From a virus, in the IMG/VR virus record IMGVR_UViG_3300035698_027542, positions 2,787-66,786 of that record: 64,000 nucleotides of DNA. The stretch is one strand, 5' to 3'. The position numbers were made by a program, and so were the translations under genes. Below, in pieces: positions 1 through 7,555 of this stretch; within the stretch, counting starts at the first letter, position 1; the number at the start of each line of letters is the position of its first letter. Below the pieces are notes generated by a model, which saw only the letters and a list, made by a program, of their open reading frames with translations, made no database searches and was not told the DNA's origin.

Positions 1-406
1 CATAAGCAATACAACAATGAGGATTATATACAGGGAATGTTTCTTTAACATCTAATTTTCTTTTTATTTTTCCATGTAATTTTCTTAAATCATCACTAAT
101 TATTTTGACTATTACAACATCAAAATCAGGACTTTTTCTAAAATAGCCTACTTCTCCTAGTTTTACTTTTATAGATTTGTATTCTGTAAGTATTTCTTCT
201 ACTTCTTTTCTACTATTTTCACAAACTCCATAAAGAAGTGTTATATGAGTGTCTAATTCTCTCCCTTTGCCTTCCTCTTCACATAACATAGAATTAGGTA
301 TATTATTCCTCCCCCACTTTTTAATCTTACTAGCAGGCATCTGGGGAAGTCTAACAGCAATCCATCCCTTACACTCTTTCTTCTTCGCTTTTTTATACCA
401 ATTCAT
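1..406 (-). CDS. 2H phosphoesterase, Acb1/T4 gp57B-like, with MNWYKKA leader (3' end runs off the window)
   Basis: Not in the ORF track. Manual translation from ATG 406: MNWYKKAKKKECKGWIAVRLP...GRELDTHITLLYG...YNPHCCIAY; two 2H motifs (HIT, HCC). Confidence 0.8.
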   Translation of the reverse strand, partial: MNWYKKAKKKECKGWIAVRLPQMPASKIKKWGRNNIPNSMLCEEEGKGRELDTHITLLYGVCENSRKEVEEILTEYKSIKVKLGEVGYFRKSPDFDVVIVKIISDDLRKLHGKIKRKLDVKETFPVYNPHCCIAY

Positions 407-445
407 ACAAATTTATTTCGATAAAAAATAAAAAATACCTTTAAT

Positions 446-475
446 AAAAAAGAGCCACTCGTAAAAGTGACTCTT
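446..475 (-). terminator. Intrinsic terminator
   Basis: AGAGUCACU-UUUACG-AGUGGCUCU hairpin followed by U-run on the minus strand. Confidence 0.75.
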
Positions 476-608
476 AGGGGCGTAGTTGAAGGGGTACTTC
501 AACTCGGGTCCACCAAGTTGGTTAAGCCAACTACTCTACCTTAGAGACCACATTGCTTAAGGCAATGACTCTTGACAAGTGGCTGTCAACCTTGTTTGAT
601 ACACTCTA
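446..608 (-). ncRNA. Putative structured small RNA, copy A
   Basis: Lies between a TTGACA/TATAAT promoter and a terminator; four hairpins; 29-nt core (509-537) identical to 2286-2314. Confidence 0.55.
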
Positions 609-614
609 TTTTAT

Positions 615-642
615 ATTATATCTTATATCTTTCACTTGTCAA
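615..642 (-). promoter_or_regulatory. Sigma70-type promoter
   Basis: TTGACA-agtgaaagatataaga(16)-TATAAT. Confidence 0.75.
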
Positions 643-980
643 TGAATTTTAATATCAGGAGGAGCTTTTAATTGCTCTATTACATAATCTATATCAATCT
701 CAAAATCTTCATAACCAGCTTTTCCCACTAATTTATTCATAGTATCAATTGAATCGTATATATTCTGCTTAATAATAGCAACTGTCATTTTTTTGATAAT
801 TTCTGGCTTATCGCGACAAGCTTTATTACTTGTAGCTATCATACTATTGGATTCACTTATATGATCTGGAAAAGCAGATAAAACTTCCCCATCTTTTAAC
901 ATTTCCCATTCTAATCCAGCCACATTGCATAATACAAAACTACCCTCTTTCTGAGGATGGCCGTTATATATTCTCTTCAA
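639..980 (-). CDS. Hypothetical protein, paralog of 3154..3513
   Basis: Shared KEGSFxLCNxAGxEWxMLKDGEVxSxFP and AGYxDFxIDIDY segments. Confidence 0.75.
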   Translation of the reverse strand: MKRIYNGHPQKEGSFVLCNVAGLEWEMLKDGEVLSAFPDHISESNSMIATSNKACRDKPEIIKKMTVAIIKQNIYDSIDTMNKLVGKAGYEDFEIDIDYVIEQLKAPPDIKIH

Positions 981-1001
981 TTTTCTACCATTCTGTTTCT
1001 C

Positions 1002-1337
1002 CTATAAATCTAAAATATCAACTCTTTCCGTAATTCTCTCTGCCTCGATTGCTGCCTTTTCCTCTTCTCTCCTTTTTATATCGTCAGAATACATAGGAAT
1101 TTCACACCAAGCATCAATACGGAATTCAGATGTTAAATCTGTATCTTTGTCTGGATTGTCAATAGATCTCCAATGTTTATTAGAATAATAAGATAAGGCA
1201 TACCAATTATAAACAGTATGATCAAATCGAGAATCAACAACATCAGGGCCTTGACCATACCAGATAGCTACAACAGTACCATCATCAGGTAATTTCTCAC
1301 TAGGCCTATACCACTTAAACTTGTCTATCATTCCCAT
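1002..1337 (-). CDS. Hypothetical protein (DUF551-like)
   Basis: WYRPSEKLP...IDAWCEIP pattern; start moved to ATG 1337 to remove overlap with the upstream gene. Confidence 0.55.
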   Translation of the reverse strand: MGMIDKFKWYRPSEKLPDDGTVVAIWYGQGPDVVDSRFDHTVYNWYALSYYSNKHWRSIDNPDKDTDLTSEFRIDAWCEIPMYSDDIKRREEEKAAIEAERITERVDILDL

Positions 1338-1341
1338 ATAT

Positions 1342-2163
1342 TTATATCGGAACTTCCTGCTGAACTTCATCTGGATATGTGTGATTGTTGATGATTTCCA
1401 TGTATTTGCCATAAACACCACCATACAGTTTGGGATCTGTGATCATTTTCTTATTTTTACTTATAAGACTATATAAAAGGTTTATAGCCTGTTGACGAGT
1501 CTGATAAGATAAAAGCCTATTTTTAAATTTTTGCCCATCTTCCCCCTCAAATTGTTTCCACCATTCTAACATTCTTGCACTATGACCCTTATCAGTTTCT
1601 TCCTTACTTCTAAATTCTTCATCATTAATTAATCCAGTTCTTTTCATATAATCTTTAGCAGTATTAGTGGTTATATTAAATTGTATAGCTACATTTTTTA
1701 AAGTCATTCCCTGTCCTCGAGGGGGAGGTAAATACATATCAACCATCTGCTTCCCTTTTTCCAATATGTTTGCCCTTACATCCTCCATTGATCCCCACTC
1801 TTTAATCTCTCTCCATCCATGCTCTTTATTAATTCTTCTGATAGCTGTGATAGACACTCCAAATAAATCAGCAATATTTTTATAAGTATACCCTTCTTCA
1901 ACAAGTGCTTTCATAACCTGAAGATCATCGTCAGACAAATTATTTTTATGAATATTCCCTTTATCCCTAATATTAACCCATTTATACTTATTATTTAATG
2001 CTCGAATTGAACCATGGCTGGTTCCAAACATATTTCCGATTTCTCTAGTAGAACGACCTTCTTCTAGTAATCTTTTTACTTTCTCTAATTCTTCTATGGT
2101 CCATCCTCTTTTTGCAGAACTTTTAGGCATTGCTATCTTTATATGTCTATTATACCAATTCAT
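1342..2163 (-). CDS. Multi-HTH DNA-binding protein with MNWY leader
   Basis: Three HTH-like repeats (G-x-S/T-x-x-x-IA/IG); begins MNWYNRHIKIA. Confidence 0.7.
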   Translation of the reverse strand: MNWYNRHIKIAMPKSSAKRGWTIEELEKVKRLLEEGRSTREIGNMFGTSHGSIRALNNKYKWVNIRDKGNIHKNNLSDDDLQVMKALVEEGYTYKNIADLFGVSITAIRRINKEHGWREIKEWGSMEDVRANILEKGKQMVDMYLPPPRGQGMTLKNVAIQFNITTNTAKDYMKRTGLINDEEFRSKEETDKGHSARMLEWWKQFEGEDGQKFKNRLLSYQTRQQAINLLYSLISKNKKMITDPKLYGGVYGKYMEIINNHTYPDEVQQEVPI

Positions 2164-2214
2164 AATTATCTATTTCTTAAATTCTTCTCAATATCCTTGA
2201 TATTTTTGGACATA

Positions 2215-2338
2215 AAAAAAGAGCAAGTGCTGTGCCCTGCTCTTTTCTGGAGGCGTGTGATTGGATAAGAATCCAGTCCGCCTGCTCCACCAAGTTGGTT
2301 AAGCCAACTACTCTTAAAAATCAACTACCCTTCGAGGA
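2215..2338 (-). ncRNA. Putative structured small RNA, copy B (ends in intrinsic terminator ~2215-2245)
   Basis: Promoter- and terminator-bounded; same 29-nt core as copy A followed by a different hairpin. Confidence 0.55.
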
Positions 2339-2344
2339 AATCTA

Positions 2345-2372
2345 ATTATACTATCTCACTTTCACTTGTCAA
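2345..2372 (-). promoter_or_regulatory. Sigma70-type promoter
   Basis: TTGACA-agtgaaagtgagatag(16)-TATAAT. Confidence 0.75.
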
Positions 2373-3117
2373 TAGTTATTTTACTAAATGCTTTATCTAT
2401 TTTTTCATTATTTTCCAATAATAATTCATTAATTCTTTCAACTCTTTTTCTCGCTTCTCCATCTTCTTCTGTCCACTTCTTTTGCCAAACATACTCATCA
2501 TCCCAACCAGAATATTTTCTACTCATTAAGACCCCTCTACCAGTTTGATGACACCAAAATTTATATAACATTAAACATGCTTCTTCTCTTCGATCACCAC
2601 GATCCCAATATCCCGTCTTTTCATCAAAAATACAATCAGATAAAAGAATAAATGCTACTCTAATATATGATTGAGGAATTTCTAAACACATTTCCCTAAT
2701 TGCTGTATCAAAAGGCCTTGAAATATTCCATTCTTGCACTCCTCGTTGAGAACATCTCCTAATCTCATCTAAATATCCCATATCCAAAGCAAAAATATGA
2801 TTCTTAATCTCTTCATCTAATTCTTCTGGTAAACTATTAATATAAGGGATTTCAATATCTGACCAAAAAAGTTTATTAAGTACTTTCTGTTTCTCTTTTT
2901 TTTGTAATTCATTAGCATTCCAGTCAAGTTTATACAATTTAACCCTTTTAGTCCAACTTGGCTTCTTATTTTTTACAACAATCCCACTCTTATTATCTCC
3001 ATCAGATGAAGGAGGGCCTTGAATAATAAAATCTTTCTGATAAACTAAAGATGGAAACAATAAACGATGATTCAATGATAACATAATACACCTCTTTCTT
3101 AAAAATGTTGTGACCAT
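2362..3117 (-). CDS. Hypothetical protein
   Basis: 251-aa ORF; no recognised motif. Confidence 0.6.
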   Translation of the reverse strand: MVTTFLRKRCIMLSLNHRLLFPSLVYQKDFIIQGPPSSDGDNKSGIVVKNKKPSWTKRVKLYKLDWNANELQKKEKQKVLNKLFWSDIEIPYINSLPEELDEEIKNHIFALDMGYLDEIRRCSQRGVQEWNISRPFDTAIREMCLEIPQSYIRVAFILLSDCIFDEKTGYWDRGDRREEACLMLYKFWCHQTGRGVLMSRKYSGWDDEYVWQKKWTEEDGEARKRVERINELLLENNEKIDKAFSKITIDK

Positions 3118-3153
3118 TCACAACTAACCCATTAATATCCATATATCGACAAA

Positions 3154-3513
3154 TTATATTTTTTCCATATCTTCAAAAGGAAATTTTAAATGCTTAATAA
3201 TATAATCTATATCAATATTAAAATCCTTATAACCTGCTTTTTCTGCTAATAGATTTATAGATTCAATTGAACAATGTACTTTCTCTGTAAGAATAGCAAC
3301 TGCCTTTCTCTTTAATAAATCATTATCCTCTTGCTTATCATCATTATTAATTGCTATCATATTAACAGCTTCTTCTTTATTATCTTCTGGAAAATTAGAA
3401 AAAACTTCTCCATCTTTTAACATTTGCCATTCAAAACCTGCCATATTACATAATATAAAACTTCCCTCTTTGTGTCTATTATCTTTCAAATACTCTCTTA
3501 AACTTTCTGCCAT
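3154..3513 (-). CDS. Hypothetical protein, paralog of 639..980
   Basis: Strong RBS (AGGAG); clear similarity to 639..980. Confidence 0.75.
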   Translation of the reverse strand: MAESLREYLKDNRHKEGSFILCNMAGFEWQMLKDGEVFSNFPEDNKEEAVNMIAINNDDKQEDNDLLKRKAVAILTEKVHCSIESINLLAEKAGYKDFNIDIDYIIKHLKFPFEDMEKI

Positions 3514-3713
3514 TATATTTCTCCTATCTTAATTAGTTTTTTCTAAAAATTTCTTCATATCTTCCGCTTTATCTTTTGCTTCTTTTCTTTTTGCCAAATT
3601 TCTTTTATGAGAACCCCATACACTCTTCTTCCCACTAGCAATATCCTCATAATCTTCTTGTAATTTTTTAGCAGTCCTTTTTATCTTTTCCATTATATTT
3701 CTCCTATCTTAAT
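3510..3713. repeat. 24-bp direct repeat covering the RBS/start of two adjacent genes
   Basis: ccattatatttctcctatcttaat at 3510-3533 and 3690-3713. Confidence 0.85.
3529..3693 (-). CDS. Small hypothetical protein (54 aa)
   Basis: Manual translation MEKIKRTAKKLQEDY...FLEKTN; AGGAG RBS. Confidence 0.6.
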   Translation of the reverse strand: MEKIKRTAKKLQEDYEDIASGKKSVWGSHKRNLAKRKEAKDKAEDMKKFLEKTN

Positions 3714-3922
3714 CAGTTCTTTGACCCTATATCCTCTATATTAATAAGATCTTCTCTATCACACCATAACATCTTAACTAAAAGTTTCCCAGGAGAAACA
3801 ACACAAACTACCTTCCTCGTTATATAAGATTCCCAATCCTTATCTCCATTAGGACCACCTGTAATCATTGGATAATTTTCCTTCTTCCAATTTAATTTTA
3901 TTATATCTCCTGTAAAATACAT
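3713..3922 (-). CDS. Hypothetical protein
   Basis: 69-aa ORF in operon context. Confidence 0.5.
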   Translation of the reverse strand: MYFTGDIIKLNWKKENYPMITGGPNGDKDWESYITRKVVCVVSPGKLLVKMLWCDREDLINIEDIGSKN

Positions 3923-3980
3923 TAGTTTAATTCTCTTGATTTAATTAGTTCTTCTGCTCTCTCTTTATATCGACAAAAAT

Positions 3981-5816
3981 CTATTTTTTACAAAATACAA
4001 ATATAGGTTCAGTATGATAAGTTTCTCCCTTTTTTCTATTATAAGAACTATTAGCTAATCTCATATGATATGTTTTTTCTAATTTCCACCTATTCTCACA
4101 ATAATTACATAAATCATCTGCTATTTTTTTATCTCCGATATTTTTAATATTTAAAATTAAATACCCACTATCTTTTAATAATCTATAACTCTCACAAACT
4201 ATTTTATATAAAAAACTATTTAACCAATCTTGATATTCTGGATACTTACTACTACTCTGATCCAAATCGTTACTATAAATCTCTTGATTATGATAAGGAG
4301 GACTAGTAAATATTAATTCATATTTTTCTTCTAGTGTAGGCATTACCTCTTCTGCCAACCCCATGTCTTGTCTGAACTTATATTTATATACCCTTTCTCC
4401 CAAACCGTCATATTGAGTAGAAAAAAAACTTGCCATCTGCATATTGCCAACAGAACTTTCTCCATTAGGATCTATTCCATGATAAAATAAATTTCTATTA
4501 GAAGCAATACAACCTGCTAATCTACCACTATAACCAGAACAAGGATCTAAAACCCTACCTTCATTAGGACAGTAATTATCATAAATAAATTTAGCTATAG
4601 AAGGCTTAAAATTAACCACTCCTCTCGTGCCGTCTCTTGTTTTTAAAATTCTTCTTATACCAGCATGATTAGGAGTTTTCCCCAACTCAAGCCATCTATT
4701 AATACAATCCTTTAATTTACAATCATTATTAAATGTTTCTAAAGGAGAATTATCTCCTCTCTTATAATATGCCTCTATCATATGAGGGTGAAAACTATTA
4801 ACTAAATCCAACCCGTTAAAATTCATTTGTAAATGATTATCTTTTAACAAAATATTTTTAGATCTTATAATTCTACCCATTCTATTTTCTTTTTGCTCAT
4901 CTGTTAAAGTTACATGGGGAAAACCATTTCTTCTATAATATTGAAATAAAAGATCAACCACTTGTTTTTTTATCTTTTCATCTCCGTTCTTATAATATTC
5001 CAATATCTTCTTAAAATGTTTCGTATCCTCTATATCTTCCCAATAAATCATAGAACAATGACGAATATAATCACTTTTTTTTCTATTAAATAAAGATGAT
5101 TTAATTTTTATAATATTATGCTCAAAATCTGAAACTCTTAAAATAATATTTTCTTTCTTTATTTCCTTATTTATATTTTTTTTATTTTTATAAAATTTTA
5201 TAAATTCTTCTTGTAACTCTTTTTTTCTATTTATCCTAAATCCAATTTTACTACAATAATCAAAAGTATTAATAGTAAAAGTGAATGCCTCTTTTTGAGA
5301 CCTATTATTAGATTGTTTCCTCATCTCCCCCGTTCTAACACCTAATTTATTAATTATATTTTTAAAACTATCAGTCCAATAAGATATATTTTTAAAACCT
5401 ATTCTATATCTTATATAACCGTCAAAAGCATAAACTTTTGAAATCCACCCATCTGAATCCATTAGCCCTTGACAAAAACTTTTTTTAAACTCTTTATTTT
5501 TATATACGAATAAAGGTATTTTTTTCTTATCTTCTGTTAACTTCTTTAAAAAAAAGACAATTTGTTTAGAACAAACAACAAGTTGATAATAAGAAATTTT
5601 TCCTTCTTTTTTTACAGTTTTTATTCTTCCTTGCTTATCAAATAGATTATTAACTATATCTTGACACTTCTCGCAGAAATCATAATCTTCAGATGTTATA
5701 GAAAATTGATAGGTATCCTTACCGACATATAAGCAACCGTCCCCTAAAAGAGATCCTATTAAATAAGCAAAATCTTTTGTATATACATCCTTTAAAATAT
5801 CAATATTTTTAATCAT
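3981..5816 (-). CDS. LAGLIDADG endonuclease domain fused to an amino (N4C/N6A) DNA methyltransferase
   Basis: YLIGSLLGDG and FCQGLMDSDG motifs; MTase motif I VLDPCSGYSG and motif IV FTSPPY. Confidence 0.75.
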   Translation of the reverse strand: MIKNIDILKDVYTKDFAYLIGSLLGDGCLYVGKDTYQFSITSEDYDFCEKCQDIVNNLFDKQGRIKTVKKEGKISYYQLVVCSKQIVFFLKKLTEDKKKIPLFVYKNKEFKKSFCQGLMDSDGWISKVYAFDGYIRYRIGFKNISYWTDSFKNIINKLGVRTGEMRKQSNNRSQKEAFTFTINTFDYCSKIGFRINRKKELQEEFIKFYKNKKNINKEIKKENIILRVSDFEHNIIKIKSSLFNRKKSDYIRHCSMIYWEDIEDTKHFKKILEYYKNGDEKIKKQVVDLLFQYYRRNGFPHVTLTDEQKENRMGRIIRSKNILLKDNHLQMNFNGLDLVNSFHPHMIEAYYKRGDNSPLETFNNDCKLKDCINRWLELGKTPNHAGIRRILKTRDGTRGVVNFKPSIAKFIYDNYCPNEGRVLDPCSGYSGRLAGCIASNRNLFYHGIDPNGESSVGNMQMASFFSTQYDGLGERVYKYKFRQDMGLAEEVMPTLEEKYELIFTSPPYHNQEIYSNDLDQSSSKYPEYQDWLNSFLYKIVCESYRLLKDSGYLILNIKNIGDKKIADDLCNYCENRWKLEKTYHMRLANSSYNRKKGETYHTEPIFVFCKK

Positions 5817-5949
5817 ATCTATTTTCTTTCTAATTTAAAGTACCTTCTAACATGAATCTTATCACTTTCATATACTAATTATAACATTTTTTAATAAATC
5901 CTTCAAATAAGATCCAAAAAATGTATATACTTTTTAAAAATGTGAGCAC

Positions 5950-5983
5950 AAAAAAAGAGTGAGCCATTTCTGACCCACTCTTT
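5950..5983 (-). terminator. Intrinsic terminator after the major capsid gene
   Basis: AGAGUGGGUCA-GAAA-UGGCUCACUCU-UUUUU. Confidence 0.8.
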
Positions 5984-6013
5984 GATTTTAACTAAATGCT
6001 TCTAAACTACTTA

Positions 6014-6886
6014 CTATGAAGCGTTTGCATCAACCATAGTTATTTGACTAATTGCATAGTCGTTTATAACTACGATTCCAACTTCCTCGTAAATTACCCA
6101 GCCGAGTCTAAGTTTCTTTGGATCATCTGCTGGAAGCACTGTAATATCCTGGCGAATCGGAAAGGCCCCAACTGTTTCAGGACTAGCTACTACAAGAACA
6201 GTCGTGCTACCCATTCTACTTGAAACATGGATATCAGCAGTCCACAAGTGACCATAAAGGCCAGTTGTAATTATTTCTCTTTGTGTTGCTTCGTCATAGA
6301 AGTCCTTGCCAAATGTTCTGATGCTAGCATACTGGAAAGCATGAGTAACAATTTTGGCAGCTACAAGATCATGTTGCTCGATCTGTTTAAAAGCTTCATT
6401 CAACGCAGGAATAGTAAGTGTTCCGTAGTTGGTAATACTCTGTGCTGCAGGGCATGCAGTCGTAAGAGCGTTAAAGATATTGCTATCTTCTTCTTTTTGA
6501 ATTGCTTCTTTCGCCTTAATCTGAGCCCTGTCTACGATGTAGAATCTACGAGCCTTGATTTCTGCAAGACGAACTGTTGGGTTCGCGGCGATCTCGAAAG
6601 TAGGAACAAGCACTTCCTCACCTTCTTGAATTTGATCAGGTACAGCACCTCTTCGTGAAACTACCCATGCAATAGCGGCAACGTCACGCTCGTAACGAGC
6701 AAGTGCTCCCTGTGGGAGTTCGTCAACCATAAGTAGTTTTCTACCTACAGCTTGATACTCTAAAGCTCTACGGATTGGTTCTACCATTGCCTGAGCAAGG
6801 GCAGTACGACCTTCATCGCTCTCAAGAGCTTGAGAGATAACCATTTCTTTTTCTTGGTCTGTTAAACCTTTTTTATCAAAAGCCAT
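6014..6886 (-). CDS. Major capsid protein (HK97/encapsulin-like fold)
   Basis: PIRRALEYQAVGRKLLMVDELPQG, VPTFEI, GWVIYEEVGI patterns; follows protease and decoration genes; strong RBS and terminator. Confidence 0.85.
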   Translation of the reverse strand: MAFDKKGLTDQEKEMVISQALESDEGRTALAQAMVEPIRRALEYQAVGRKLLMVDELPQGALARYERDVAAIAWVVSRRGAVPDQIQEGEEVLVPTFEIAANPTVRLAEIKARRFYIVDRAQIKAKEAIQKEEDSNIFNALTTACPAAQSITNYGTLTIPALNEAFKQIEQHDLVAAKIVTHAFQYASIRTFGKDFYDEATQREIITTGLYGHLWTADIHVSSRMGSTTVLVVASPETVGAFPIRQDITVLPADDPKKLRLGWVIYEEVGIVVINDYAISQITMVDANAS

Positions 6887-6971
6887 TTTCTTTCTCCTTT
6901 TATTCTTATTTTTAGGTATTAATCAAAATCCTAAAATATAAATTAATATTAACACTGTTTCTTTTTTCGTA

Positions 6972-7523
6972 TTATATACGAAGAACTACTGGGAAATAAT
7001 CTCCCAAAGTCATACTGCCATTAGTCGTGTCAGTTCCAGGAACACCACTATCATACGCTTGACTTGCACCAACAGAAATAGCAACGTTCTCACCTACTAC
7101 TGCTGCCTGAACCAACCATGATCCATTGCCACCTGCTATACCAGTTCCGAACAAGTTACCTGCTGCAGGAGCTGCAGAACCTGTATCAAGCAAATCATCA
7201 CTAATCCAGAATTTTCCACCACCATTATAAACAGTGATTTTCTGGCTAGCTGTTGTTTCATCATAAAAATCTGAAACTCTGTTTTCAGTCCAACGAGTTC
7301 CAGCACCATCAGCACCAATAACAACCTGTGCAGAATATGCAGTTGTTGAACCTTCTGCTGCAAGAGCAGAATCTCCAGCAATACCAATACTATCAGTAGC
7401 AGTAGCTGCTGTTTGAGGAACAACCAAATTCGCTGTAAGCATTACTATATTACCAGCACTGATTGCGGCAGCGCCAACTGGATACATGTCTGCAACTACG
7501 TGATACTCAACTATAAGAGCCAT
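6972..7523 (-). CDS. Putative capsid decoration/cement protein
   Basis: Ala/Gly/Thr-rich 183 aa between scaffold and MCP. Confidence 0.6.
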   Translation of the reverse strand: MALIVEYHVVADMYPVGAAAISAGNIVMLTANLVVPQTAATATDSIGIAGDSALAAEGSTTAYSAQVVIGADGAGTRWTENRVSDFYDETTASQKITVYNGGGKFWISDDLLDTGSAAPAAGNLFGTGIAGGNGSWLVQAAVVGENVAISVGASQAYDSGVPGTDTTNGSMTLGDYFPVVLRI

Positions 7524-7555
7524 AATTACTCTCCTTTATTTAAAAAATTTCCATT

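Noticed and set aside
249-431. 60-aa plus-strand ORF
   Set aside because: Antisense to the 2H phosphoesterase gene
477-515. Plus-strand GGGGCG...TCCACCA resembling tmRNA or tRNA-Ala ends (also 2249-2292)
   Set aside because: Only about 40 nt, with no T arm, D arm or tag ORF; promoter and terminator point to the minus strand
509-2314. 29-nt palindromic repeat as a CRISPR array
   Set aside because: Only two copies 1.8 kb apart, no spacer periodicity, no cas genes seen
6014-6886. Cellular encapsulin nanocompartment operon
   Set aside because: Portal, terminase, prohead protease and phage replication genes indicate a virus head module
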